From Leucoraja erinacea (lineage: Eukaryota): a DNA stretch of 64,000 bases. A program made the translations under genes and the position numbers. Below the pieces are notes generated by a model. That model searched no databases. It was given only the letters and a program-made list of their open reading frames with translations, and was not told where the DNA came from. Numbering within the stretch: the stretch's first letter is position 1; each line of letters opens with the position of its first letter. Of this stretch, positions 1-13,700 are shown piece by piece. The stretch covers positions 22,692,001 to 22,756,000 of the forward strand of contig NC_073404.1 in the NCBI RefSeq assembly GCF_028641065.1. Direction: 5' to 3'.

Positions 1-479
1 TTGAATTTACCTTACTTGCTATCTTTTTTTTCCCTGTAAATCTAGGTAGCTGTGCCTCACGGTCACCCCGACTGGCACAGTAAATTGCAGCTCACAACCT
101 CGCCGTTTTCTATGTTTTTAACGGGTGGGAAAATGCGTTTTTTCCCATCCACTAACATGTACCGAACCCTCGAGTGTCCTCCACTTGAGAATTTTGGTCA
201 CGTGGGTGCGGATATACGCTCCAGTGACCTTTAGTGAAATCACCCTATACTGCATAAAATACAAACATCCTGTCGACCTGGTTAACAAAAATCGGGTTTG
301 ATAATATTGTCAGTGCATTGTATTTTTCAACTCTATAGACTAGAGTTTTGCATTTTTCCCAGTTTTTAAGAAGGCTGCATTACCGAAATTGTTTGAAAGT
401 GATTGATATTGAATGGTGGGGGCCCCACTACACGATGAAATGTGAGGCGATGACGTTGCCCTTTTAATTAACCATTTGA

Positions 480-701
480 GACCGGGCGCTAGTCTCTGGG
501 GGAAGTCTTCCATTAATTGCAGACTGCAGCGCTTTGCACCAAAGATCCTGCTCTGCTATAGGATCTTTGCTTTGCACCGGTCGCTCTGCTGGAGCGGCGA
601 TCCTCGGACCGCCGGAGGAGGCAATCGCAGCACATTTGGATCCTGCAATTGGAGGTGAATGTCAGGCGGGCGGCGTGACGCAGCGCATCCCGGGGGTAAG
701 T
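480..701 (+). promoter_or_regulatory. PSPH: Probable PSPH CpG-rich promoter and non-coding first exon (donor GG|GTAAGT at 696)
   Basis: Local CpG enrichment and a strong donor; the first coding exon has its own acceptor, so an upstream exon is required. Confidence 0.55.
540..569. mobile_element. 30-bp TIR-only element CAAAGATCCT...AGGATCTTTG with 8-bp TSD ctttgcac
   Basis: TSD at 532-539 and 570-577; 10-bp terminal inverted repeats. Confidence 0.8.
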
Positions 702-732
702 GGCGTTGAAGAGGCCCGACACGTAGCGCTCA

Positions 733-940
733 GTTACACAGAAAAGCTGGAGAAACTCAGCGGGTGCAGCAGCATCTATGGAGCGAAGGAAATAGGCAAC
801 GTTTCGGGCCGAAACCCTTGGTTTCGGCCCGAAACGTTGCCTATTTCCTTCGCTCCATAGATGCTGCTGCACCCGCTGAGTTTCTCCAGCTTTTCTGTGT
901 AACCTTCGATTCTCCAGCATCTGCAGTTCCCTCTTAAACA
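733..940 (+). mobile_element. Penelope-derived short element with an inverted 5' copy (84-bp-arm palindrome), TSD acgtagcgctcagt
   Basis: 733-816 is the reverse complement of 820-903; TSD at 721-734 and 941-954. Confidence 0.8.
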
Positions 941-2446
941 ACGTAGCGCTCAGTGCCGGCTGAATGAAATCAGGATGTAAACTGATACAATGTATTCCCC
1001 TCCCCGGGTACTGGCTCCGGGCGGCACCACCGCCACGACTGGCGGCTGCCCGCAGCCCTAGGTCTAATGCATGTCTGGCTGCCCCGTGTCCTTGTTTGCA
1101 CCGAGTGACTGACTGTTTCTAAAACCCCTTGAGTTTCTCCAACACTTGTGTCTACCTTCGAGTTTCCAGCATCTGCAGTTCCTTCTGAAACATTGTAGCG
1201 AGTTCCCCAACTCCCTACCCCAGGGGAACGGAGGTGCTCAAATCTCACCCTTCCGACCCAATGATTATTGCTTCCGACTGCTCCATTGATGCATTTCGTT
1301 GTCTCTGTACTGTACACTGACAATGACAATTAAAATTGAATCTGAATCTGAATCTGAATCTGAACCGGCTCCCACCTAGGAAGTGATCTCATTTTAAAAT
1401 CACTTTGAGACTCAAGAATCAAGATCCTGTTTAATGATCACATATCCCGAAAATGGAACAATGAAATTCTTTACTTGTAGCACGCAACAGGTTTGTAAAC
1501 ATATTGAATATTGATAATGTATAAAAACAAAAATAATAATAATACACACAATACTACAGAGACCATCGCGTAAAAGAAGGGGCCCTTCGGCCCAAATGTC
1601 TGTGCCGAACATGATGCCAAGACCATAACTTATCTAGCAATTTTCAGGGACCCGGACTATAGGTTCCACAGTCGATCTGCCATTTTTCACAATTCCTTCT
1701 CTCCAGCGATGCTGCATCACCCGCTGAGTTACTCCAGCATTTTGTGTCTACCTTCGATTTAAACCAGCATCTGCAGTTCTTTCTTCCCCATGAATTATCT
1801 ACCTGCACCGTGCACATAACCCATATTCCTCCATTCCTTGCATATCCACATGCCTATCCAAAAGTGTTTTAAATACCATTAACGTATCTGCTTCAACCAC
1901 CAACCCGTTCCAGGCACTGATCACCTTTTCCATAAAACAAACTTGCCCTGCACATCTCTTTTAAACTTTGTCCCTCTCACCTTAAAGCTATGCCCTCTAG
2001 CGTTTGTTTTTCCTAACTGTCCACCTTATCTATACGTTTCATAATTTGATATACTTCAATCAGGTTCCCCCACAATCTTCATCATACCAGGGAAACCAAT
2101 CCAAGTCTGTTCTGCCTCTCCCTGAAGCTAATACCCCCCTAATCCAGGCATAATTCTTGTAAACCTCCTCTGTCCCCTTTCCAAAATGTCCACATTCTTC
2201 CTGTAATGGGGTGACTGAACTGGACACAATACTCCAAATACTAGTGGAAAAAACTCCAAAGTCCTTAGTGCAACCAAGGTCAATCCATAGACGTTCATAA
2301 TTCATTGTTTTAATGGTACTTTATTTGTCACATGTGCAGTGAAATTTATTTTTGTATACAGTTCAGTACAAGTACTGCTATGAGCATCTCAGACACAGTG
2401 TATACCAGTAATAAACTGAGACAGTGTACAGACTAGTATAGTAAGA

Positions 2447-2755
2447 CCTGAGTGATCTCCTGGACAAGTGTCGATCGCCTAGATTGGGGTCGGAGAGGAA
2501 TTTCCCGGATTTTTTTCCCGAATTGGACCTGGGTTTTTATCCGGTTTTTTGCCTCCCCCAGGAGATCACGAGGTTCTTGGGGTGGAGAGGGGTGATAGCG
2601 GTATAAAGGGAGGGTAGTGTCTTGTGTTCTGTGTCTTGTGTCTACTGTTTGTGGGTAAGTGTGTCTGTTTAGTGTTCAGCCATGAGCGAATGGCGGTGCG
2701 GGCTCGATGGACCTGGTGGTCTGCTCTCGCACCTACTTTCTATGTTTCTATGTTT
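2447..2755 (+). mobile_element. SINE-like element with an LF-SINE-like central domain and CR1-type 3' tail (ttctatgt)n
   Basis: ggggtcggagaggaatttccc...ttttttgcctccc core and a CR1 3' terminus; the family label comes from recalled similarity. Confidence 0.45.
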
Positions 2756-3506
2756 TTACAGAGTCACCAGTTTTTGTCATCATTTTCAAGTCCTAGTTGT
2801 TGTGAGTGCAGGGTTCTTGACCTGACCATGAAGGCCTGTTTGAGGTTTGTGTTGTGTAGTGTTCAACAGCCCAATGGTTGTTGGAAATAAGCTATTTTTG
2901 AACCTGGTGATCATGGTTTTCAGATTCCTATTCCTGCCTCCTCTCCAGCCCTACAAAAGGAGACTTGTTACAATCAAGCACTTTGATCTTCCCTGAATGT
3001 GGTCTTTTTGTGGCTACTTCCTCAATTGCCAAGGCCCAAAGCTCTTGAATAATTCTTCAACTCTCTGCCTTCTTTAAGAAACTCTGCTAAATTCTCCTTT
3101 GCTTATAGACATCCGTTTTCTTTGATGTTTCTGGGTGATGGGGGGAGTGAGTGTGTTACTTAAATACTTAAATATTCATGGCACTGTATGAAGTAAATTA
3201 GACAAACTAACCAAAGATTACCGAATGTTGATGAATGTTGTCAGCTTCACAGAGTGTGCTGAATCTTGGTGACTGCTGGTGGCATTCCTTCTTAGATAAA
3301 GCGCCGATGCCACCCTGGATGTGACAGCTTTGATCACATCCATAGCCACATTCTGCCTCATGTCATGGGCAGCAAACAACCAAGTCTAGGAGACACTGGT
3401 TGACTAGAGATATTGAAGCTCTGGTCACAAAAAAGAAGAAGACATACGTCAGGTTTAAGCAGCTGTGATCAAACAAATCCCTTGACGAATATAAGATGTG
3501 TCAGAG

Positions 3507-3617
3507 CAGTGGCGGACTGGCCAGGGTGTCAGCTTGCCCGATGGCAAGTGGGCCCCTGATGAAGTGGGCCCCCTTTGTCTCATGGCAACCAATATTTTTG
3601 GACCCAGTCCGCCACTG
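3507..3617. mobile_element. hAT-type MITE, TIR CAGTGGCGGACTGG, 8-bp TSD tgtcagag
   Basis: 14-bp TIRs; TSD at 3499-3506 and 3618-3625. Confidence 0.85.
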
Positions 3618-4029
3618 TGTCAGAGTACACTGAAGTTGGAAATCAGGGAGGGGGGGGGGGGCAAAGAGAAGATAGGAGATGGATTGAATTGAATACTTAA
3701 TTGTCATATGGGCACCTCCCCCCATTCCACGCTGGGTCGTCCCTCACAGTGCCCCCCCATCCCCCCAGGCAGGCCCCCATTGTCTATTATTCTACCACCT
3801 CGCCTCCCTCCCGGCGGCCAGATTCAGATTCCCTCCCAGGGTTCTCTGGACCCCATCCAGAGAACCCTGGTCGATGGAGCCCGCGGCCAGTCACTGAGTC
3901 GATGGCTGTGGCTGGGGTCAGCTCCACGGAGGCAGCACTAGTGGAGAGGTCGATGCAGCGATTGTCGACTGACGGAGGAGGAGAGACACGTGCAGGACGC
4001 CACTGCCATGGGAACAATAAAGGACCCGG

Positions 4030-4227
4030 CGTGGGGGACTATGTATAAACACTGCTGTAATTTCTACACGGTGAAACCAAAATGTATAAAAATGGCCTAT
4101 ATTAAAATCTGCCAATGTGCACTTTAACCACATGTGATATTTTCTATTACAAATCTCAAATGATGGAGTACAGAGGCAAATAAATAAATGATGGATCTTT
4201 GTCCCAAACATTATGGAGGGCACTGTA
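4030..4227. mobile_element. Tc1/mariner terminal fragment (...ggagggcactg|TA)
   Basis: Near-identical to 39190-39387; CAGTG terminus next to TA. Confidence 0.75.
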
Positions 4228-4586
4228 ATAAAAAAAACTTTCAGTATTTAATAGACTGAATTTGGATGTGATTCAATGGAGAATGGAATGGAAAGTGGGG
4301 CAGCTTATCCTTATTAAAACAAAGGTTACGGGGAGTAAGCAAGAGAGTGGGGTTGAGAGGGAAAAATAGATCATCCATGATCGAATGGTGGAGCAGACAC
4401 GATGGGCCGAATGGCTTAATGCTGCCCCTATGTCTTAAGGTCTTATGGACATGGGTTTCTTTGTTGAATGTTCAGTAGTAAGTATATGTGCGGGTATGGG
4501 ACAATTATCTTCCAATTCACTTTGCCTTTCCCATTGTATGCTCTGCAATAATTTAATTTTGTTTCCAGAGGAACACTAGTACCAAA

Positions 4587-4726
4587 ATGGCTACAGCCGT
4601 TGAGACAAAAGCTATCTTGCGGTGTGCTGATGCAGTTTGCTTTGATGTAGACAGCACAGTAATAAAAGAAGAAGGAATTGACGAGTTGGCAAAGTTTTGT
4701 GGAGTCGGGGATGCTGTGGCAGAAAT
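4587..4726 (+). CDS. PSPH: PSPH coding exon 1 (MATAVETKAILRCADAVCFDVDSTVIKEEGIDELAKFCGVGDAVAEM)
   Basis: Acceptor ttccag ends at 4568, ATG at 4587, donor gtaagt at 4727. Confidence 0.95.
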
Positions 4727-7700
4727 GTAAGTATTCGTGGCCTGTTGTCTCAATAATGAGATATTGTTTTAAGACTCCTTCACCACTTTTTTTATATTTA
4801 ACCCGAGAATTGAACCCAAGCTCTCCACATGAGTGGACAAGTGACCTCTCCGCGTGCATTATTACTATTCAGAAGGGGTAGACAGTCAGAACCTTTTTCC
4901 CAGGGTGGAAATGTCCAACACTAGAGGGCACAGCTATAAGGTGAGAGGGGAAAGGTTTAATGGAGATGTGTGGGGCAAGTTTTTTAGACTGAGAACACAT
5001 TGCCTGGGGTGGTGGTGGAGGCAGATATGATAGTGGCATTAAAGGGTTTTTTAGATAGACACATGGAAGTGCAGGGAATAGAACTATATGGGTCATATGC
5101 AGGCAGAGGTGTTTAGTTTAACTTGTATTCATGTTTGGCACGGGCATTGTGGGCCAATGGGCCTGATCCTATGCTGTCCTGTTCTATGTTCTTATTCTAT
5201 ATTTTGAAAGGAATTAACATTTGAGATGCTCTATAGGAATGGACCATATCATTAAATACTAACCTCTATGATGGTGAAGACTGCAGGAAGAGAAATGTGG
5301 AATTATATAACATACAAATCCATTGAGACCGCTTGCCTTTAAAGAACCTTTTGTTAGTCTTACTCCTTTGTTGCTACCCTGATGGCCTGCAAATTCTTTT
5401 TCATTTTCAGATATATACTTTTCACTAAGTTGCTATTCAGTGAGCTTCCATCGTGCTTTTTTCCCCAGTAAATTGTGCATCATTATAATTTGCTGTGCCT
5501 TGAAAGTTACTCTTAATTTCACATTTCTGTTCCCGCGGCCTGTTATTTTATGTACTAACATGTTAATGATTAAAAGACGCCTTGTGGAATTTGATCCGGC
5601 AGCAATGGAATGAACAATGATATCTCAGTACCTTTGTTCTTCTAAGAAGTAACGGTTGCAGTTTTGAGGGAAAGCTTGGCAGTATATCATTTAGATGGTG
5701 CACACTGTCGCTAGTGGTGTGGGAAGGAGCACAAATGGTTTCACACAAAGGGTGATGGAGGTACGGAACGAGCTGCCCGAGGAGGTACAGTATATGAGGC
5801 TGGGACTATCCCAATGTTTGAGAAACAGTTAGACAGGGACATGGATAGGACAGGTTTGGAGGGATATGGACCAAGCGCACGCAGGTGGAACTAGTGTAGC
5901 TGGGACATGTTGGCTGGTGTGGGCAAGTTGGGCCGAAGGGCCTGTTTCCATTCTGACTATGAGAGAGACACAAGTAACTGGAAACTTGGGTAGAACGCAA
6001 AGTGCTGGAGAAACTAAGCGGGTCAGGTAACATCTCTGGAGGACATGGATAGATGATGTTTCAGATCAGTATTCTTCATCGGAGAGAGTGTTTTGGAGAG
6101 TAAGGTTGGAATTATATGCAGATTAAATTACCTGACTTGGAGCGCATCAGGTTTGAATGTCGTTGGAGCTATACTCAGCTCAGTAAGTGGAGAGTATTTT
6201 TTGCAGGTGGTGGAATAGCTTTGTGAAACAAATTTAAACACAGAATACACAGCTGACCTGTGATTATGGTTCCAGTATTTGTTTGACTGCTCCAGTTAAA
6301 TTCCCAGTTAAATATTGATGGCACTCAATCCAACAATGGTCATGTCACTAAAGGTGAAGAGGGAGGTGGTTTACACCTCCACTTTACCTTTGTGGCACTG
6401 ATATTGTTTGGCATTTATCATTCTAAACCAGAACGTTGTCTAGAACTTGCAGCATGAGGCTATCAACTCTCTTATAGTCTGAGGTCCTATGAGTAAAGTT
6501 ACATATTGTAGATATCTTCCATCTCACTTCGATATTTTACATTTTAATATATTTGTCATGATTCGAGGGAGGCCATCAGGCCCATTGAGTCTGTGCTGCC
6601 TGTCACAGCCATCCCGTCAATCCTGTTCTTGCTCTTATTTCCCTCTACTTTCTCTCTCTCTCACATTGCCACCCTGATTCTCCTAATCCTCAACGATAGT
6701 CGCTAATTCATCACTCATTGCATCCTTGGGATGTGGGAGGGAACCAGAACACTGAGCCAAGCCCAGAAGATCACAGGGGAAACATACAGAGCATCGGCAG
6801 TCCGGATCAAACCCAGGTCGCTGGGGCTGCGAGGCAGCAGAACTACCTGCTGCACAAATGTCCCATCTTAGTAATGTAAGGGAGGTCAAAGAAGCAGCAA
6901 AGCTCCATAAACGATGTCCTGGAATGAGATGTTTGTCTTCCCAGCTGTCTTTCTTTTTGCGAGAAGATTCTAGCCAGTGGCATTCTTTCTCCATGATTTT
7001 GTTCTTCAATTTTATTGGAGATATTTGATACTATCCTCAGACAAATGCTGCTCTGAGAATTCATTCTTCTGCCGTGTCTGGATAATAATATATATAATAT
7101 ATTTATATTATAGTATATGGACACATTAATCTGTTTTGTAGTAAATGCCTACTATGTTCTGCGTGCTGAAGCAAAGTAAGAATTTCATTGTCCTATCAGG
7201 GACACATGACAATAAACTCACTTGAACTTGAAAAGTTCTGATCAGATCTGAAGTTGTGGTCCTGATGGCAAGTAGATTTTTGGTTGGAGTGCCCCTTGAT
7301 ATCACAGTCACTGGCTGATCCAGGACGGTCTCCTCACAGTGTGAGTATCGACCAGATTTGATTTGTCTTTTTCCGTGGACTAAATTCTGCACTTTGCCAA
7401 GTAGATATTGCGACTGTTTGGACTCTGGCGCACAAAGAGATCTGAACTTCTAAATTTAGAAAAGAAGAACTGCAGATGCTGGTTAATGCACAAAAGAATC
7501 CAAAGTGCTGGAGTAACTCAGCGGGCCAGGCAACACCTTTGGACAACATGGATAGGGTCGAAGAAGGGTCTCGATCTGAAATGTCACTTATCCATGTTCC
7601 CCAGAGATGCTGCCTGACCTGCTGAGTAAGTCTGCACTTTGTTCCCAACTACTTCTTAGGTGCATGTTGTAAGGTCAATCTTTTAGTGTTTAGATACAGA

Positions 7701-10700
7701 CAACGTACGGGCACCTTGGCATGATGTCTGGGAGTTCCTCTGCATTCCCATGCAGATTGCATTGAACCAAAGTACTACTCTCAACTTGATGCTGATTGTA
7801 AGGTAACAGAACTTGATGCCATAAGGTTATAGATTCTATAACCTTGTGAACCAACCGATTGTGAACCATCGGAGCTGACTACTGATCATATTCTAATATA
7901 GAGTATGATGAGTAGTCGGCTCCGATGGTTCACTATGAATACTTCTCCTCACTTCCTATTGAACATGGTACCATCCTGTGATGTAGTGGTTGTTTGCATC
8001 ATCTACACTTGGTGCAAATATTAATTTTCTCTGGTTAACTGAACTATTCTTTAAATTTACCACAGGACACGGAATGCAATGGGTGGAAATATCTCATTTA
8101 AGACGGCTTTAACGGAGCGCCTAGCTATAATCCAACCTTCACGAGATCAAGTGAATAGACTTATAAATGATCAACCCCCTTGCTTAACTGAGGGCATAAT
8201 GTAAGTTATTTATTTTTAAATGTATAAAAACCGACAAACAGTAATACTGTTTGCAAGGATGTCCTACAAATGCAAAATAAATAATTATTATAATAGAAAA
8301 AAAAGTGAATTTATCTAATTTATCCATCCTATTTCTCCTTTTCTAAAGCCATATGTCATGTATAGATCTTGAATAGTGGGCCTTTCCTCAATATTAATAT
8401 TCATGTGTGTGTGTGTGAATAATGAAAAGTTTCAGGGTCTTTTAAATTAATTTCTAATTAATAATTGTCAGGAACCAGAAAGTTAAAGCTATTTAAAAAG
8501 ACTTGAGATTCAGCAATCTGTCCCAACATTAGTTGTGCTTTAACCAATCTGCCTGTAGTAGGGCTGGGATTGAATTTAGTCATATGGATAGCAATTCACA
8601 CAATCAAGTATGAGAAGGTTGGATAATTTTGTGCTCAAAGATTGCAGAGAAATTGTCCAAAAAGGCTGGAGCAGAGGAGACGAGCATTGATTTTTGCTTA
8701 ACAATGTTGTGTCGAGATTGTGTTGTACATTTTGCAGATCGCATGAAACATAATGATTCCTTAAAAACGTATTTTTAAAACAGGGACCTGATTGATCGAC
8801 TTCAACAGCGGAACGTGCAAGTCTTCCTGATCTCTGGTGGATTCCATTCCATTGTGGAACACATAGCAGCAAGGATCAATATTCCCCTGAGCAATGTCTA
8901 TGCAAACAAGCTGAAATTTCATCTCAATGGTGAGATTTTTATTACTGATAAATAACTTTCGACCAGAAACCTTTACATTGTAGGACTCAAACAAAGGAAA
9001 TTAACTGCTAATAGTTTCCAGAATGTCTTGCCACATTTATAGGTGAAGGGTATAGGAATAGTTTTGTTTAGAGATACAGCATGGAAACAGGCCCCGTGGC
9101 CCACTGTGTTCACACTGACCTTCGATCATCTGTTCACACTGGTCCTGTGTTATCCCACTTTCGCATCCACTCCCCACACACCAAGGACAATTTACAGAGG
9201 TCAATTAACCTACAAACCCATATGATTTCTTTGAAATGTGGGAAGAAACCGGAGCACTCGGAGGATACCAACGCAGTTACAGGCAGAACATGCAAACTCC
9301 ACAGTTTTTGAGATCAGTGATGAACCCAGGTCTCAGGTGACAGGAGACAGATACTCTAAATTGGGTGGCACAGTGGTGCAGCTGGTAGAACTGATGCCTC
9401 ACAGGAGAAGGAAATATGTTGAGGATATTGAGAATTGAGTCAGAGTCATAGTGATACAGTTTGGAAACAGGCCCATCGGCCCAACTTGCCCACACTGGCC
9501 AACAATGTCCCAGCTACACTAGTCCCACTTGCATGCGCTTGGTCCATATCCCTCCAATCCTATCCATGTACTTGTCTAACTGTTTCCTAAACAATGGGAT
9601 AGTCTCATCCTCTGGCAGCTTGTTCCATACACCCACAACCACTTGTGTGAAAAAGTTACCCCACGGATTCCTATTAAATTATTTCACCGAGAACCTATAT
9701 CCTCTGGTCCTCGATTCCCCATCTCTGGGCATCTACCCGATCTATTCCTCTCAAGAGTTTGTACACCTAAATAATAACCCCCTCATCCTCCTGCTTTCCA
9801 TGTAATAGAGACCCAGCCTACTCAATCCCTCCTTATAGTTCACACCCTCTAGTCCTGGCAACATCCTCGTAAATCTTTTCAAGCTTGACAATATCTTTCC
9901 CATAACATGGTGCCCAGAACTGAACACAATATTCTAAATGCGGTCTCACCAACGTCTTATACAACTGCAACGTGACCTCCCAACTTCTATACTCAATACT
10001 CTGAGTGATGAAGGCCAAAGTGCCCAAAGCCTTTTTGACTACCCTATCTACCTGCGACACGACCTTCAAGACACCTGTACTAGATCCCTCTGCTCAACAA
10101 CACTACCCAGAGGCTTACCGTTTACTGTGTAGGTCCTGCTCTTGTTCGACATCCCAAAATGCAACACCTCACACTTCTCTGTATTAAATTCCATCAACCA
10201 TTCCTCCGCCCACCTAACCAAATTATCCGGTCCTGCTGCAATCTTTCACAACTTTAAGTCTTTATCCACGTATATTTTGATTTTTAAAATTTGTAAATTA
10301 TCTGCCTTGTAATGTAATATTTGTCTTTATCGTGCCTGTCTGGTGCTTCTTTCTTTGTCTGGCTGCTTTGTTTCACTTGCAGACCAGGAGTGTTCCAGAT
10401 TTAATCTGCAGCCTGTGCCCATTGGGACAGTTCACCCTTGGGTCAGGGAGAGGAGAAAGTAGCCAAAGGTTCAGAAAGGTCCAGCCCAAAAAAAATCACC
10501 CACCATTTCCTCCACAGCTGCTGCCTGACTTACTGAGTCTAGATGGTAAACCAGACAGCTTTGAGCAAAGTAGTGAGGCATCCCACAAGTGGATGAGGTG
10601 TTAAGGCTCATAATAGTCACATAGATATTGTTAGTTGGCAGTTGTATTGGCACAAGAAGCAAGACATAGAAACATAGAAATTAGGTGCAGGAGTAGGCCA

Positions 10701-13700
10701 TTCGGCCCTTCGAGCCTGCATCGCCATTCAATATGATCATGGCTGATCATCCAACTCAGTATCCCGTACCTGCCTTCTCTCCATACCCTCTGGTCCCCTT
10801 AGCCACAAGGGCCACATCTAACTCCCTCTTAAATATAGCCAATGAACTGGCCTTGACTACCCTCTGCGGCAGAGAGTTCCAGAGATTCACCACTCTCTGT
10901 GTGAAAAAAGTTCTTCTCATCTCGGTTTTAAAGGATTTCCCCCTTATCCTTAAGCTGTGACCCCTTGTCCTGGACAATCTTTGTTTGAGATAGAAGTGGC
11001 AAATCTACTTTACATTTTACTTCATAATTTTCACCACATTGGTATTGACTGTTTGAAATGGTTTAAAACACTAAGAATTAAATTATTTAGATGAATCATT
11101 CATTTATCACACAGCAGAGTGATCTGCAGTGAAAATGAAAGTAGGTTATTAGAATTGATTATTAAAGTTACACAGGAATCTTATTCCTTGGTATCTGATT
11201 TGCCATTTATTATCAACTTTCTTCTCTTTCCTCACACTGCATTACTTGAATGATAAAGAGGACAAATGTGCTGAAACTGAATGATCTGTGGTTAGAGGTA
11301 TCTGTGGGAGGTAGGTAATTGACCCAAAATGCTCTCCTCGTCCTTTCTCCATTAAGTATGTCACCTCCATTTTTCATGTGCAGCTTGTTGTACATTGTTT
11401 TGCTGGAATCCTGGAAGTACATTGTTTATGGAATGTTAAAACTTTTGTAATTTATACTTCATCATAAAGAGAATTTAATTGATACAATCTGAAGAACAAT
11501 CTGGCACCTTATGCGGTTACAACATGGAAACTGACCCTTCAGACCACTGAGTCCACGCTGAACATCCATCACCTGTGCACTAGCTCTATGTTTTCCCACT
11601 TTCACATCATACGGTCATGTGATAGGAGCAGAATTAGGCCATTCGGCCCATCAAGTCTACTCTGCCATTCAATGATGGCTGATTTATATCTCCCTCCTAA
11701 CTACATTCTCCCCATAACACCTGACACCCGTACTAGTCATGAATCTATCTAACTCAACCTTAAAAAATATCCACTGACAGCCTCCACAGCCTTCTGTGGC
11801 AAAGAATCCCACAGATTCACCACCCACTGACTAAAGAAATACCTCTTAATCTCCTTTCTAAAAGAACGTCCTTTAATTCTGAGGCTACGACCTCTAGTCC
11901 GAGACTCTCCCACTAGTGGAAACATCCTCTCCACATCCACTCAATCCAGGCCTTTCACTATTCGATATGTTTCAATGAGGTCCTCCCTCATTCTTCTAAA
12001 CTGCAGCGAGTACAGGCCCAGTGTTGTCAAATGCTCATCATATGTTAACCCAGTCATTCCTGGGAACCTACACACTTGGGGCAATTTACAGAAGCTAACC
12101 AACCTACAAACGTGCATGTCTTTGGAATGTGGGAGGAAACTGAAGCACCAGGACTTGATGACATTGGATTTGGATTTCAGCATTTACTATCTTTTGCATC
12201 TGGGTGAGCTGCCCTGGGCCTAGCACCGTGATTCAATCACAAAGAAAGCTCACCAATGCCTCTTATTTCCTCAAACGTTTTGAGGAGATTCAGCAAGTTG
12301 ATGAATACTCTTCATCAAACCTCTACAGGTGTGTGGAGGTGAGCATGCTGACTGGTTGTATCATGGCCTGGTTCAGTAGTGGTGGACATTGCCTGTACTG
12401 TGATATCATGATACTGACATCCCCACTGAATAGGAAGAGCTGCTTCAAAAAGGCAGCTAATATCATCAGACCCACCCCTGGTCCTCTCTTCTCGCTGCTA
12501 CCATTGGGACGAAGCCTGGGAACCACTAACACCAGATTCTTCCCATCAACCATCAGCTTCTTGGACCACCCTCCACAACCCTACCTCATCACTGAACCAC
12601 AATGGACTTTGCTTTACTGTAGTTGCTCTACTACTACTTCTTTTTATTTTGAATTTCATGGTCTGGTTTACTTAGAATAACTGAAACATTTGTTGTATAT
12701 TTTTTGTTGTTATGGTATCTAATGAGGCTGTAAAGCTGCAGCCAGGAAACATAGAAAAATAGGTGCAGGAGTAAGCCATTTGGCCCTTCGAGCCAGCACT
12801 GCCATTCAATATGATCATGGCTGATCATCAATGCAGACTTCCATTGTTTTGGTTCACATCCAGTGTAAATGACAAACAAACACACTTGAAACTCTTGGTT
12901 GCCCCCAAGTGAACCATATGCTGACTTTACCCTGGGCATGAAGAGCTGGTAGAGTTGTAAAATGAAATGAAATAATCCAATTTCCTGGGTTAATCGGAAA
13001 GCTTGTGCCTGGGGGGGATTTAGTAGATGTTGTGGAGATGTTCAGTGTTGCTATGGGTGGTGTGATTGGGAACTGGGGGTTGTCATATGAATGGAACATG
13101 GTTTGCGAACTTTGTGTCCTCATTTTTCCCCCCGCTCTCCTCCAAATTATATTATAGAGGAAAACACTCTGTTGCAGGCAAATTATTATGGGGATCTAAC
13201 AGTTGTGTTGTTTTCCAGGTGATTACGCTGGTTTTGATGAAACACAACCAACAGCAGAATCTGGTGGGAAAGGCCGGGTCATAGGTCTTCTGAAAAAAGA
13301 AAGAGGATTTAAGAAGGTCGTTATGATTGGGGATGGCGCCACAGACTTGGAGGCATGCCCGCCTGCAGTACGTATAGACACCAAAAGTTTGTAATTTCAA
13401 AAGATTAACAAGTATAAATTCACATTTTTTATTATATACTAGATTAAGTGGGAACCGTTGGGTCCCTGTCACACGAGAGGCCAGCTCCCCCAACACAACC
13501 CGTTCCCCCTATGCAATATTCCACCACTCACCCATAGCCCCCACGGGAGGCTATGGCAATATTCTACCACTCACCCGTTCCCCCAATGCAACCTGTTCCC
13601 CCAACGCAATATTCCACCACTCACCCATAGCCCCCAACTGCGCAGGGGCAGCACATTTTCCCTTAACCCCAGCACTCCCTCCCCCTCCCTATTTTTAAAC

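Noticed and set aside
1-480. Expected head-to-head neighbour of PSPH (CCT6A in mammals)
   Set aside because: No CCT6A-like exon is recognisable; 50-250 resembles the repeat at ~25810-25900 instead.
430-700. ATF4/CARE site in the PSPH promoter
   Set aside because: Only CRE half-sites (tgacg) were seen; no TGATGnAAn match was found.
513-941. 142-aa and 108-aa overlapping ORFs
   Set aside because: They run through the Penelope-derived palindrome; the same peptide recurs at 50719-51009, so they are repeat-derived.
4443-4859. 138-aa minus-strand ORF
   Set aside because: It is the antisense shadow of the first PSPH coding exon.
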